Positions 9,485 to 19,411 of a DNA stretch of 64,000 bases are shown here, piece by piece; the stretch's first letter is position 1; every line of letters begins with the position of its first letter. The translations under genes were made by a program, and so were the position numbers. Origin of the DNA: a virus; the IMG/VR virus record IMGVR_UViG_3300009514_000013, positions 1-64,000 of that record; one strand, written 5' to 3'. The notes under the pieces are model-generated. The model had not been told where the DNA came from, did not search any database, and was given only the letters and a program-made list of their open reading frames with translations.

Positions 9485-10566
9485 AAGGTATCAACGAACT
9501 CATCCGCAGAGGTGCTATCGCCGAAGTCGGGCACATTCCTTTTTCGGTCTACCTAGTTCTTCGTAATTTCGTCTGGAGAAGTACCAGTAAAGGTGTACCT
9601 GCTCTGCGTAAAGCTCGTGCTAAAGGGCAGGTGATCAGCAAGATCTCCTATCCGAAAATACAGGAGTTGACCTCACTCTCCATTGGTTCAGTACGTAAGG
9701 CAATTACTACATTGGTTGATCGTGGTTGGGTTCAAATTGAGAGCTCTGGAGGTCGGGGTACTTCCTACCTCCTAGGTGTGATCGAAAATCACTCAGAGAC
9801 CTTCTTTGCTGATGATGAGACTGTCACCAGAGATCACTCTCAAAAATCCGAGACTGTCACCAGAGATCAGTCTCAAGTCGGGATCGGGTGTCACGAGAGA
9901 TCAGTCTCAAAATCCGAGACTGTCACCAGAGATCAGTTGAGACTGTCACGTGGTGACACCATAATACATAAAGAATCTGTAAAAGAAGAAAATTACATAA
10001 CCGCGAAGAAGACTAGAAAACGATCTACCAACTCTTCGCGGTACTCTGATCCGAAACAGGAGTCTCGTAACAATGATCGGCGCACCTGGGTAAACCTTGA
10101 TCCACCTGAACCTGCCAGGGTTTCTCGTAAAAAAAGCTCAGTTGTCGATGAAGAAAGTAATCGACGGATTTCCCCCGATGAGCTACGACATCTGAACTCA
10201 GCCCGAGTGAAGAAGCGAGCTGGTCGAATCGGTGATTACACAGGAGACGAAATGGTGGCTGCTTGGCGGTTGATGTTCTCAAAGGCATTTCGAATCGAAG
10301 ACTCGACGTTGGACACTGCGAAGGCTCGAAAGAGAGCAGCGCAAATGATCATCGCTCGAGCCACCGACTGGCACAGCGGAAATCGTGCTCAGCTTTTCGA
10401 TTACCTCCGAAGTCAAATTGGTCTCTGGGCGAACAAGGAACCAGGTGCCAAGTTCCCGGCTGGTTCATTTCCGAAGTTGAACATGTTGCTCAAGCAAGAC
10501 CACAACGGTCGCTCGTGGTGGTGGGACGAGTGGGCTTCAAAAAAGAAGCGTGGGATCAAGGCGTAA
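9481..10566 (+). CDS. replication initiator with N-terminal winged helix
   Basis: SYPKIQELTSLSIGSVRKAITTLVDRGWV wHTH; internal iterons; directly upstream of DnaB, as lambda O/P. Confidence 0.7.
   Translation: MKGINELIRRGAIAEVGHIPFSVYLVLRNFVWRSTSKGVPALRKARAKGQVISKISYPKIQELTSLSIGSVRKAITTLVDRGWVQIESSGGRGTSYLLGVIENHSETFFADDETVTRDHSQKSETVTRDQSQVGIGCHERSVSKSETVTRDQLRLSRGDTIIHKESVKEENYITAKKTRKRSTNSSRYSDPKQESRNNDRRTWVNLDPPEPARVSRKKSSVVDEESNRRISPDELRHLNSARVKKRAGRIGDYTGDEMVAAWRLMFSKAFRIEDSTLDTAKARKRAAQMIIARATDWHSGNRAQLFDYLRSQIGLWANKEPGAKFPAGSFPKLNMLLKQDHNGRSWWWDEWASKKKRGIKA
9817..9958. repeat. iterons of probable replication origin
   Basis: GAGACTGTCACCAGAGATCA at 9817, 9850, 9916 plus a degenerate copy near 9883 (33-bp period) and a partial copy near 9939; AT-rich tract 9961-10000 follows. 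Confidence 0.75.
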
Positions 10567-10578
10567 AATCGCTTTAAC
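10563..10578. promoter_or_regulatory. 16-bp palindromic site variant GTAAAA-TCGC-TTTAAC
   Basis: one mismatch to the motif found at five other gene junctions. Confidence 0.55.
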
Positions 10579-10595
10579 GTGGATGGGGGTTAACG

Positions 10596-11978
10596 ATGGG
10601 TGAGCGTGTTGTTGATGTCGATCTGGCCAACGAGCGAGTCATTTTGGCCACGATGATCCACGACCCCGAGAGACGACGTCAGCTCGCTCTCAGGCTGCGT
10701 TCGGATGACTTCGGGGACCCGAGGCACCAGGTCATGTTTAGAGCCCTGAGTGGCCTCTCAAGGGCTTCTCTCACGTGGTCAGAAGATACCTTCGCTGAAT
10801 TTGCCAAGGGCGAGGACTTCGGATCGTGGAAATATCTAAGAGAAATCGTTGACAAATACGAGGCAAATACCAACCTCGATTACCATATAGATCGGCTCCG
10901 TTTGGACCGTGTGAAACTGGAGTTGATAAGGGATGACCTTCAGGATTTGTCCCGAGCATGTGAGGATCCAAGTGCTCCACCAGAACGAATCAGGAGCGTC
11001 CTGAAGAGCGCTCTGACTCGTATCGATCGCATGGGGCACAAGTTCACCTCCGGTGGAGATCTCCTCGTAGACGGCTATTACGAGACCCTGAAGATGAGGG
11101 CCATTGTTGGTGATGTTGTTGAGGGAACAGGGTTCGAGATCCTTGATTCAGTCCTTGCTCGTGGCTTCGTCCCAGGGACTCTATCAGTCATTGCAGCCAG
11201 ACCCGGTTTTGGAAAGACTACGTTCCTTGCCAACTTCATAAGGCATCGGGTCCACAACAAAAAAGGCATCTACGTCTGCGGATGGGAGATGCTTCCTGAA
11301 GATTACCTAGACATGATGATCTCAGCTGAGACAGGTATCCCCGAAAATGACTTGGTTCGTAGGGTCAAATCGTTTTCAAAGGAACAAAACCGAGCCATCA
11401 TCGAAGCAGCGGAACTCTATCGAAATCGAAATCTGATTGAGTTCGAGGCGAACCCTTTTCCTCATCTCGAAAAGACTCCGAAGAAGTGGGACACCAACGA
11501 TCGCAACCTTGATTTTTTTGAATCGTCAGTTCAAAGAGCTTCAAGAACAAAGACCGTTGTTGCTCTTGATGTTGTTGGCAAGATGTTCTCCGATCGACGT
11601 CCGGATTCAGTGACCGAAGCACTCGTCCGAATCCGTGGAATGGCTCAAGCCTATGGCGTTCACATCATGCTTCTTCACCACATCAACCGAGCTGGTGCAG
11701 AAGGTCGGCCAGCACTTGAACACATCAAGAACTCAGGTGCTTTCGAAGAAGAAGCTGATCTCATTTTTGGTCTTGATCGTCCACGTCTCAGAGCGGGAAT
11801 AGAGAAGCGATCGAAGATGAAAGACACCTTGGACATTCACGTTCTCAAGCAACGCAAAGGTCCAGCACCGGCATGTGTACGCTATACCTTCGACGGTACG
11901 CGGTATGCACTTTCCAATGAAGTTGAGGTTGATCTCAGCATGTTGGAAACAAATGATGAAGAAGATTGGGATATGTGA
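10596..11978 (+). CDS. dnaB: replicative DNA helicase, DnaB-like
   Basis: AARPGFGKTT Walker A, WEM, IKNSGAFEEEADLIFGL, KQRKGP. Confidence 0.88.
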   Translation: MGERVVDVDLANERVILATMIHDPERRRQLALRLRSDDFGDPRHQVMFRALSGLSRASLTWSEDTFAEFAKGEDFGSWKYLREIVDKYEANTNLDYHIDRLRLDRVKLELIRDDLQDLSRACEDPSAPPERIRSVLKSALTRIDRMGHKFTSGGDLLVDGYYETLKMRAIVGDVVEGTGFEILDSVLARGFVPGTLSVIAARPGFGKTTFLANFIRHRVHNKKGIYVCGWEMLPEDYLDMMISAETGIPENDLVRRVKSFSKEQNRAIIEAAELYRNRNLIEFEANPFPHLEKTPKKWDTNDRNLDFFESSVQRASRTKTVVALDVVGKMFSDRRPDSVTEALVRIRGMAQAYGVHIMLLHHINRAGAEGRPALEHIKNSGAFEEEADLIFGLDRPRLRAGIEKRSKMKDTLDIHVLKQRKGPAPACVRYTFDGTRYALSNEVEVDLSMLETNDEEDWDM

Positions 11979-12023
11979 TCACCGTCATTTCGGTAATGAT
12001 TTTCATTTGTTATGGTTTGGATA

Positions 12024-12238
12024 TGGATGAGGGTACAACGAAAACAACAGAGGTAGTTGGTAGGCTTGTAGATACAGGTCACGCGATTTGGTTTGAGAGT
12101 GACAAAGGCGAAGCGTTCGATTTGCCTCCTAGTCTACTCCCTCATTTGATGCGTGATGAGATCCATCGTGGCAACACCGTGGAAGGTTCTATGGGAACTC
12201 TGACCGTAACGGTCGAATGGAAGAAAGGTGAATTGTGA
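12024..12238 (+). CDS. hypothetical protein (start uncertain)
   Basis: ORF tiles operon. Confidence 0.45.
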
Positions 12239-12489
12239 TTAATGAAGTCGAGGTGGTGTGCAACCACATGCAACAAGAGAGTGAATATCATTCCATCGTG
12301 GAAATGGCGCAAGAAGGAGTCCTACAAGGGATGGAGATGCGGGGTATTGTTGATGAGATCGAATCTCATCTTAAACGTCGCATGTTCCCAAATGAAGTTC
12401 TCATTTTGGGTGATGAGATGGACAAAGCAGAACGTTTGATTGAACGAGATGAGCAAGACTACAGGGACATGGTGCGATGGACGATCTGA
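12235..12489 (+). CDS. hypothetical protein
   Basis: AAAGGTG RBS; overlaps upstream stop. Confidence 0.5.
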   Translation: MINEVEVVCNHMQQESEYHSIVEMAQEGVLQGMEMRGIVDEIESHLKRRMFPNEVLILGDEMDKAERLIERDEQDYRDMVRWTI

Positions 12490-12704
12490 AGGAAATGAAG
12501 CCACTTAGGTTCTCGCTTGGCTCCTCGCTTAGGTCCTCGCTTTGGTCCTCGCTTGGCTCCTCGCTTTGGTCCTCGCTTAGGTCCTCGCTTGAGGACTCGC
12601 TTAGGTACTCGCTTGGCTCCTCGCTTGGCTCCTCGCTTGAGGACTCGCTTGGGTACTCGCTTTGGTCCTCGCTTTGGTTCTCGCTTAGAGATGAGTTGGA
12701 TTAA
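12477..12704 (+). CDS. SLxx repeat microprotein 5 (about 16 units)
   Basis: KEMK-PLRF-(SLxx)n-ELD; end overlaps primase start. Confidence 0.7.
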   Translation: MDDLKEMKPLRFSLGSSLRSSLWSSLGSSLWSSLRSSLEDSLRYSLGSSLGSSLEDSLGYSLWSSLWFSLRDELD

Positions 12705-13701
12705 TCTAGACGTCATAGAACTTCTTCAAGTTCTGAAGATCGAAGTTCACAAGTCGGGAACCGAGTTTCGTGGCCACTGTCCTGATCCGGATCATAAGAA
12801 GCGTCCAGGTCCAGGATCTTGGCAAATCAAGCCGAGAGGGAAGAAGGCTGGTCAACATTACTGCTACGCCTGTGGATTTGGTGGTGGTCCGTTTAATCTC
12901 GTTCAGACGGTCCTCGGACTTTCGAAGCAAGAAACTTGGAAATGGCTTTCGGACTTCTGTGGGAACACAATCCCCCAAGGAACTTCGATCGTCTCAAGTG
13001 TCAAAGAAGACGAGGATTCTATTTCTCTTCGATTTCCTAAAGGTACTCGTATTTTATGGGGTGATGTGAATGCATCGGTCCAAGAAGCTAGAGAGTATTT
13101 GGAATCCAGAGGTGTGGTTGAAGAAGAGATTAAACGTTTCAAGATGGGTGCTGTCCCCGTCGATTCCCCTTCTTACGGTGGGCGGTTGATCATTCCGGTG
13201 ATCGTCAACGGTCACTTGGTGGATTATGTTGCGCGTCTATACGTAGATCGTCCGAGTAGTGTCCCTAAAGCACTGTCCGGTAGAAGGGACAGAGGGGCTC
13301 AAAAGGAACTGTCTCTATGGGCTTACGATTTTTTGGATCCAGATCTTGAGGTTGTGCACGTTGTTGAAGGTGTGTGGGGTGCTCTTGCATTGATGAGGGC
13401 TGGTGTCCCCAATGTTGTGGCCTCCTGTGGTTCGTCATGGAGTCCTGAACGCACTGAGTTGTTGGAGCCGTGGGTATCAATCATTCTGATACCCGATGGA
13501 GATGATGCGGGTTCAAAGTTTGAAGCTAGGGCTAGTTCTCTTCGGTTCGGTCATGATTACCGAGTTGTCGATTTACCTCACAAGATGCAACCGGATGACA
13601 TTCCACCGAATCAAATCCATGAGTTGATTGCTGGAGCTCGCCCAGCTCGATTAGCTGATGGTTGCCAAGTTCGATTACAAGAGTTTTCCGGGAAAGATTG
13701 A
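12691..13701 (+). CDS. DNA primase (CHC2 zinc finger + TOPRIM)
   Basis: CPDPDH...CYAC, VVEGVW, PDGDDAG; true start likely MSWINL at 12691. Confidence 0.85.
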   Translation: MSWINLDVIELLQVLKIEVHKSGTEFRGHCPDPDHKKRPGPGSWQIKPRGKKAGQHYCYACGFGGGPFNLVQTVLGLSKQETWKWLSDFCGNTIPQGTSIVSSVKEDEDSISLRFPKGTRILWGDVNASVQEAREYLESRGVVEEEIKRFKMGAVPVDSPSYGGRLIIPVIVNGHLVDYVARLYVDRPSSVPKALSGRRDRGAQKELSLWAYDFLDPDLEVVHVVEGVWGALALMRAGVPNVVASCGSSWSPERTELLEPWVSIILIPDGDDAGSKFEARASSLRFGHDYRVVDLPHKMQPDDIPPNQIHELIAGARPARLADGCQVRLQEFSGKD

Positions 13702-13766
13702 TCTGTTGACTCGTTGATGCGTTGGGTCTATCCAGATGAGACCCAACGCACAATGAGGAGCATTTC

Positions 13767-14414
13767 ATGACTACAGGGACAGCAACCGTCACACCAATCT
13801 CAGAAGCTAAAAATCCCAATATGGAAAAATCAGTCAAACGGCTGAAAGAACTTGAAAAGTCTATCGACAATCTCAAAGAGCAGGTGACCAAGTTGGAGTG
13901 GGACATCGGTAAGAACTTGTCGAACATCAAAGACAAAGCCCTTTGGCAAGTGGCTGGTCATCATAAGAGTTTTGGTGAGTACGTCCAGACCAGATTCGGA
14001 TTCACACGACAAACAGCTTGGAGTTACATCGAAATCGCAACCAAGCTGTCACGAGAAGATGCAGAAGAACTCCCCATCACCTACCAAAGGCAAGTAGTTA
14101 AGATTCCTGATCCTGAAGAACGGCAAAAGCTGATCGAAGAAGTCAAGAAAGAAAAGCCAACCACCCGAGAACTGGCTAAGACCGTTGATGCAAAGAGAAA
14201 AGAAATTGGTCTCAAAACGGAACGGGTTGGGTTTGAAGGAACTGTAATGCTCAACCAACGTCTCAAACCCGGAGTAGTCGCAGAAGGTACATGGGAAGAA
14301 AGTGGTGAAGCTTGGGTTGCCAGATTAGAACTAGGTGGGCAAGTCTTTGAGTTCAAGGATTACGGTCAGGATGTAGATCCAAACTGGACACTGACTTTGC
14401 TTGAAGATGAATAA
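13767..14414 (+). CDS. coiled-coil/HTH protein (DUF3102-like)
   Basis: WDIGKNLSNIK...FGEYVQTRFGFTRQTAWSYIEIA; GAGGAG RBS. Confidence 0.5.
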   Translation: MTTGTATVTPISEAKNPNMEKSVKRLKELEKSIDNLKEQVTKLEWDIGKNLSNIKDKALWQVAGHHKSFGEYVQTRFGFTRQTAWSYIEIATKLSREDAEELPITYQRQVVKIPDPEERQKLIEEVKKEKPTTRELAKTVDAKRKEIGLKTERVGFEGTVMLNQRLKPGVVAEGTWEESGEAWVARLELGGQVFEFKDYGQDVDPNWTLTLLEDE

Positions 14415-16941
14415 AGACACTCTCGTTCATGCCCTGATGGGCTCTCATGACAGCATCCGTTTGATAGGCCGTTCTGGTGAATTCGAAGTTGATTGTGAAG
14501 ATGTCTTCTACGTCAGCCTTGAAGATGCCAGACGACTTCCGGGTTCTTGGAGACAATTTCTGTCTGAACCGAAAAACGGATTTGTACGGGTCAAGTGGCC
14601 TGAGCCTGTTCGAGACAAGGGAAATAGAAAAGGGCGTCTTTCATACTTCACACGCAAATATTTCGAACCTCGTAGGGTCAAGCCTTTAGAAGCTGACATC
14701 GAACCAGTTCAACGGTTCCTGATCGAACATCCGCGGATTGATTTCACTCGTGATTGGCGGAAGCTCTGGTATGACATCGAAGCTGAACGAATCGACAACT
14801 GGGATAAGCCGTGGGAGTCCCGGATACTATCAATCTCGTGGAAATCTTCGAACGGTAAGAGTGGACACCTAAGAGCCAAAGAACTGGACGACAACAGTGA
14901 GCAACGAATCCTACAAGCATTCATCAAGATCGCTAATAAACATGACATCATTCTTGCTTGGAATGGTTCTCGGTTCGACGATCGTATTTTTGCTGGCCGC
15001 TGTGAGTTGCTAGACATTCCATTCGATTCCACTCTCTACCACTGGTTGGATCATCTGAAGATCTTCAAGAAGTACTACCTTCGAAGCGAGGATGGCGCAG
15101 TCACGTCATCGTTTGCTCTTGATGCAATCTCGGAGAAGTTTCTAGGTGAAGAGAAGAAAGTTCCAATCACAAGCCTAGCCATAGAACAAGGGTGGGATCA
15201 GACCGGAGATCTTTTCACTTGGGTCTGGAAGAACTCTCCAGAACTCTTGAAAGAGTACAACGATCAAGACGTTGATCTGATGGTGAAGCTTGAAGAAAAG
15301 ACTGGGTTTATTGATCTGCATCTCTCGTTGTGTCGTCTGTGTAGAGTCTTACCTGGTTCAAGGTCTCTTTTTCCTACGACTTTGGTTGATGGTCGCATGC
15401 TTCAGATAGGTCACAAAAAGAGCTATCACTTTCCAACGAAACGGTATCACTTTAATGATGACGGAGAGCAGGCTAAGGGAGCGTTCGTCCCTGAAGCTGT
15501 CACGGGTCTGCATAGATCAGTTGCTGTTCTCGACTACGCCAAGATGTACCCAAGTATCATCCGCACCTTCAATATGAGCCTTGATACCATTTGTTCCGAT
15601 GGAGATTTGAAAGTTCCCGACACCGACGAACAAGGCAAACCGACTGGTGAGTACGTAGCTAGATTCAAGAGTGATCACGAAGGTCATTTACCATCAGCAC
15701 TACGTGGCATCCTCGTTGCGCGTTCTCAGTACTCAAAGATGCAAAGTGAAGCCGAAGTTGGCAGTCCTGAATTCCATGACGCAGCTCGCCTTTCAACTGC
15801 TTGTAAGGTTCTGGCCAATACATTCTACGGAGTTATCCTCTCACCGAGATCTCGTTACTATCGGAAAGAGATTGGTGAGTCTGTAACGTCTGTTGGGCGG
15901 TACCTGTTGTCTACAACTCTGGCCACTACACAGAAGCATGGCTACAAGTTTGTCTTCGGTGACACTGATTCAGTTGCGTTTGTTGCTACTGATGAACAGG
16001 CACAAGGTATCAAAGATGAAATGAATGGCGAAGTGATACCTGCTCTTCTCGAACCTCTTGGAGTCACCTCGAGTGAGATCATGATCGACTATGAGAAGAG
16101 GTATGATCGTGTTGTTGTCACAGCTTCCAAGAAATATGCAGGAAAGTTTGCTCTCTACAAAGGAAAGGTTGCTGGTGATGATGTTGCATTCGACATCAAA
16201 GGTTTGGAGATAGTTCGCTCTGATGTGTCGATTGCTGCTAGGAACCTCCAGAAGTTCATCATCAACGAGCTTTTGTCTGGTTCTCCTTCCAGCAAGATTT
16301 GGATGGATGTTGAGTCGTTCCGCGATTCACACATGAGTGGTCGGACTGATGTGAAAGATTTGGTATTGTCCAAGGCCATTTCCAAGGATTTGAAAGACTA
16401 CTCAAGCAAACCTCCTCAAGTTCGAGTTGCCGAATGGATGAAGAGTGAAGGTCGAGAGGTTGGAGAGGGTACCAAAGTACCTTTCCTCTTTGTGGATGGA
16501 GACGTGATTCACCCGGACCAACTTGAATCGTCAGAGGATCTGGATCGAGTTTACTACTGGAATAAGTACATCTACCCACCATCACAACGAGTCTTGGAGA
16601 AAGCGTTTCCATCGGAGCAATGGGAGAGCCTTCTGTTTCCAAAGAACTTCGGAAAAGATCAGCTTGACATGTTCATATCAACTGGTCCTTCCCAGAAGAA
16701 GGTACGTCGAACGAGAAAGGTTCCCAAGATCATCATTCATGTTGATCATGAATCCACGAAGGTAAAACAGTTGCGTAAGATGTTTGAGAGTTTCTCTGGC
16801 GATCACCCGGTGAGGGTTGATGTTGAGAGTCCCAAAGAGGTTGTGGAGATGATTTGTCAACAGAAAATTCAGAATCCTCAAACCTGTTCAAAGTTTGGAA
16901 CTGCTTTGCGTACCATCGGAATGTCTTGGTCTCTTGAGTGA
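14407..16941 (+). CDS. family B DNA polymerase with 3'-5' exonuclease
   Basis: YDIE, WNGSRFD, YNDQD exo motifs; DYAKMYPSII, KVLANTFYG, FGDTDS, KKYAG, IKGLE. Confidence 0.95.
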   Translation: MNKDTLVHALMGSHDSIRLIGRSGEFEVDCEDVFYVSLEDARRLPGSWRQFLSEPKNGFVRVKWPEPVRDKGNRKGRLSYFTRKYFEPRRVKPLEADIEPVQRFLIEHPRIDFTRDWRKLWYDIEAERIDNWDKPWESRILSISWKSSNGKSGHLRAKELDDNSEQRILQAFIKIANKHDIILAWNGSRFDDRIFAGRCELLDIPFDSTLYHWLDHLKIFKKYYLRSEDGAVTSSFALDAISEKFLGEEKKVPITSLAIEQGWDQTGDLFTWVWKNSPELLKEYNDQDVDLMVKLEEKTGFIDLHLSLCRLCRVLPGSRSLFPTTLVDGRMLQIGHKKSYHFPTKRYHFNDDGEQAKGAFVPEAVTGLHRSVAVLDYAKMYPSIIRTFNMSLDTICSDGDLKVPDTDEQGKPTGEYVARFKSDHEGHLPSALRGILVARSQYSKMQSEAEVGSPEFHDAARLSTACKVLANTFYGVILSPRSRYYRKEIGESVTSVGRYLLSTTLATTQKHGYKFVFGDTDSVAFVATDEQAQGIKDEMNGEVIPALLEPLGVTSSEIMIDYEKRYDRVVVTASKKYAGKFALYKGKVAGDDVAFDIKGLEIVRSDVSIAARNLQKFIINELLSGSPSSKIWMDVESFRDSHMSGRTDVKDLVLSKAISKDLKDYSSKPPQVRVAEWMKSEGREVGEGTKVPFLFVDGDVIHPDQLESSEDLDRVYYWNKYIYPPSQRVLEKAFPSEQWESLLFPKNFGKDQLDMFISTGPSQKKVRRTRKVPKIIIHVDHESTKVKQLRKMFESFSGDHPVRVDVESPKEVVEMICQQKIQNPQTCSKFGTALRTIGMSWSLE

Positions 16942-16989
16942 TTTTTCAGTTGACCATTTTTTGATGATCCCTTCACCCTGACTAACAGG

Positions 16990-17172
16990 ATGAGATTGGG
17001 AAAGTTCAAAACTCAAAGTGGTAAGCAGCAGTGGTTCCAGTTCATGGAGCTCGAGGAGCCGATCTTTCTTCAAAGAGAGATGGAAGAGCCGTTGAGGAAT
17101 GTTGTTCTATCCTTTTTGAGTTTGTTGGCACTGGTCGCTTGTGTTGTGGCTGCTATGGTTTCGGTGTGGTGA
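16990..17172 (+). CDS. small membrane protein
   Basis: C-terminal TM; TTGACC-N18-CACCCT at 16950-16979 upstream. Confidence 0.45.
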   Translation: MRLGKFKTQSGKQQWFQFMELEEPIFLQREMEEPLRNVVLSFLSLLALVACVVAAMVSVW

Positions 17173-17351
17173 TGAAGAAAGTTGAAATGAAACCTCTTAG
17201 GTCCTCGCTTTACTACTCGCTTTGGTTCTCGCTTGGCTCCTCGCTTTGGTTCTCGCTTTACTCCTCGCTTGAGGACTCGCTTGAGACCTCGCTTAGGTCC
17301 TCGCTTGGCTCCTCGCTTTGGTTCTCGCTTAGAAATGAGTTGAAACAATGA
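17172..17351 (+). CDS. SLxx repeat microprotein 6 (about 12 units)
   Basis: MKKVEMK-PLRS-(SLxx)n-ELKQ; TGATG and ATGA overlaps at both ends. Confidence 0.72.
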   Translation: MKKVEMKPLRSSLYYSLWFSLGSSLWFSLYSSLEDSLETSLRSSLGSSLWFSLRNELKQ

Positions 17352-17947
17352 ACCAAAGACCAGTCAGACGATCAAAACGTAAGGAGACGGAGCTACAAGA
17401 CGCTGAGAGCTTTGTTGATAACTGGGCTTCTGTTATTGATGGTATCGTTGAACTCGATCCAAATGAAGTACACTCTCGCCTTGAACGAGAACTCAAGATA
17501 AAAGGTCTGATGAGTGGTAGTCACTTGTTGTCTGCACTCGCATCAGTCAACTCAAATTATGTTGAAGCATGTCGGTTGAAGAATCGAGCCAGGCGAGAAT
17601 ATGAACTGTACAAAGTGGAGTGGGACACTTGGTTGGAAGAAAAGAAAACAGCCGCTCGCCAAGCTCTTGAGGAAGAGAAAGCTCAGAAAAAGTTCAAGAA
17701 ACAGATTGACATAGCGATGGTGAACGATCAGGTTCGTGTGACTTGGCCACAGGATTATCGGAGTAGATACTCGCGTTGCAAAGATTTCCAAGCGGCGGTT
17801 CATACACTTGAAGATCTGGCTGAAGCGTGGAAGTCACAATCTCGGACACTGGCAGCAATGAAAGATCTGGTGCTAGGGATGGGTGCTGCGAGTGGCAATA
17901 CATTCGAAGAACTATTTGCGAATTTGAAAGGAAAGAACGATGGGTAG
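17348..17947 (+). CDS. helical protein, possible UvsY-like recombination mediator
   Basis: all-helical, next to SSB-like and RecA-like genes; assignment mainly from context. Confidence 0.35.
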   Translation: MNQRPVRRSKRKETELQDAESFVDNWASVIDGIVELDPNEVHSRLERELKIKGLMSGSHLLSALASVNSNYVEACRLKNRARREYELYKVEWDTWLEEKKTAARQALEEEKAQKKFKKQIDIAMVNDQVRVTWPQDYRSRYSRCKDFQAAVHTLEDLAEAWKSQSRTLAAMKDLVLGMGAASGNTFEELFANLKGKNDG

Positions 17948-19130
17948 ACGTTTAAATTCTTACATGGATATGGATACAGCCAGTGGTAATTGGCTGAAGG
18001 CTTGGAAGGATAAGGGCTTTCTGAGAGTTTGGTTGCACCCAAGCCCACCTTGGGTTCGCCATCTCCACAACTTCAAGAAGATCGTGATTGATGAAGATAG
18101 TGGTACACCGAAGAAAAAGATTGGGTGGCTACCGTTCGTATGTTGGGAACCTGATGAATACCACAGACAGAGAAAGTGGGATGACGCTAGCCCTGCTTCA
18201 CTCTGTCCTTTTGACAAGGTCATAGAACACATAGTGAATAGAGATGATCTCTCTGATGATGAAATCATTTTCTCATTCAGAACAAAGAGCGAATCGCATG
18301 AGATTATGAAAGTGGATTTCATCGGAGAAGGTGAGACTGGGAACAGTTGGAAATTCAATGGGGTTGCTCGTATTGAATATGTGATTGGCGTGATCCCCAA
18401 CGATTCTCCAGATGGTGTTTATCTAACCAACGAGCCGTTCTCGATCGGTCAAGGTTTGGTTTCAAGGATCAAAAAAGACATCATGCGAAAGGGTGAAGAG
18501 TTCAATCCAATGGCCAGACCCATTTGCTATACCTTTGAATATGACAAAGATGAAGCTCCTCAAAAACGATACAACGTGACTAGAGATCCTGAGGCTGAAC
18601 TCACCGATGAGATCCAAGAGCTTTGGGAGCAAGAGAGTCCTGATGCTTCTAAGTTCGTTGCTAGAGGAAATCCGGAAACATTACTAGAGTCGATGCAGGC
18701 TGCTGCTCAAGTTGAGATTCCATTCGATGAACTCTTTGCTGATGCGCTAGCTGAATGGTCAAAGAATGAACTTGAAGATGAGATGGAGTTTCCTCCCAGG
18801 GAGAAAGCAACCAAGACCAAGAAGACTAAAGCCCGAGCAACAAAGACAAAAGCCAAAAAGACCAGAGCGAAAGCTAAGACTGAGCCGGTGGAGGCTAAGG
18901 AAGAAGAAGAGAAGCCAAAGCGTCCTGTTCGAAAAGCTGCACCGAAGCCTAAAGAGACGATCTATGAGTGTGACTCATGTGGAGGTGATTGGCCTGAGAG
19001 CCTCGATGCATGCCCGAGTTGCGGTAATGAGGCTGATGATTCCATAGCCAAGTCTGCTCAAGAAGCAGGTGAAAAGAAGCGAAGCAGTATCCCATGGGAC
19101 TTGAGTGAGGATGAGGAAGCCAGAGCATGA
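17940..19130 (+). CDS. putative ssDNA-binding protein (gp32-like) with Lys-rich linker, zinc ribbon and acidic tail
   Basis: HNF, CPFD, KRYNV pattern; CDSC..CPSC; IPWD acidic C-terminus; context. Confidence 0.5.
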   Translation: MGRRLNSYMDMDTASGNWLKAWKDKGFLRVWLHPSPPWVRHLHNFKKIVIDEDSGTPKKKIGWLPFVCWEPDEYHRQRKWDDASPASLCPFDKVIEHIVNRDDLSDDEIIFSFRTKSESHEIMKVDFIGEGETGNSWKFNGVARIEYVIGVIPNDSPDGVYLTNEPFSIGQGLVSRIKKDIMRKGEEFNPMARPICYTFEYDKDEAPQKRYNVTRDPEAELTDEIQELWEQESPDASKFVARGNPETLLESMQAAAQVEIPFDELFADALAEWSKNELEDEMEFPPREKATKTKKTKARATKTKAKKTRAKAKTEPVEAKEEEEKPKRPVRKAAPKPKETIYECDSCGGDWPESLDACPSCGNEADDSIAKSAQEAGEKKRSSIPWDLSEDEEARA

Positions 19131-19411
19131 GTGATGGTTTAAGTGATGCTATAGGCTACTGTCGATCTAAATACGATCATGAACATTCTGGTTCTAAAGA
19201 AGATTGGTATGAAAAAGGGATCCAGGTAGGTCGCAAGCAAGGCTTTTTAGATGCTTTTTCTTCAACCAGATTCACAGAAGAATGTAACAAGTCATTTGTT
19301 GCCGGTTGGGAAAATTGCTTGGAAGATCTTCTTGCAAGAGCTGCCGAGTTAGACCTTGAAACGATCCGAGTGTTGAAAGAAGAGTTGCGTATACACAGGT
19401 CTAAAAAATGA
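19127..19411 (+). CDS. hypothetical protein
   Basis: ATGA-coupled at both ends. Confidence 0.55.
   Translation: MSDGLSDAIGYCRSKYDHEHSGSKEDWYEKGIQVGRKQGFLDAFSSTRFTEECNKSFVAGWENCLEDLLARAAELDLETIRVLKEELRIHRSKK

Noticed and set aside
12517-12690. RLGP-repeat N-terminal extension of primase
   Set aside because: Alternative frame of array 5; ATG at 12691 precedes the zinc finger at a normal distance
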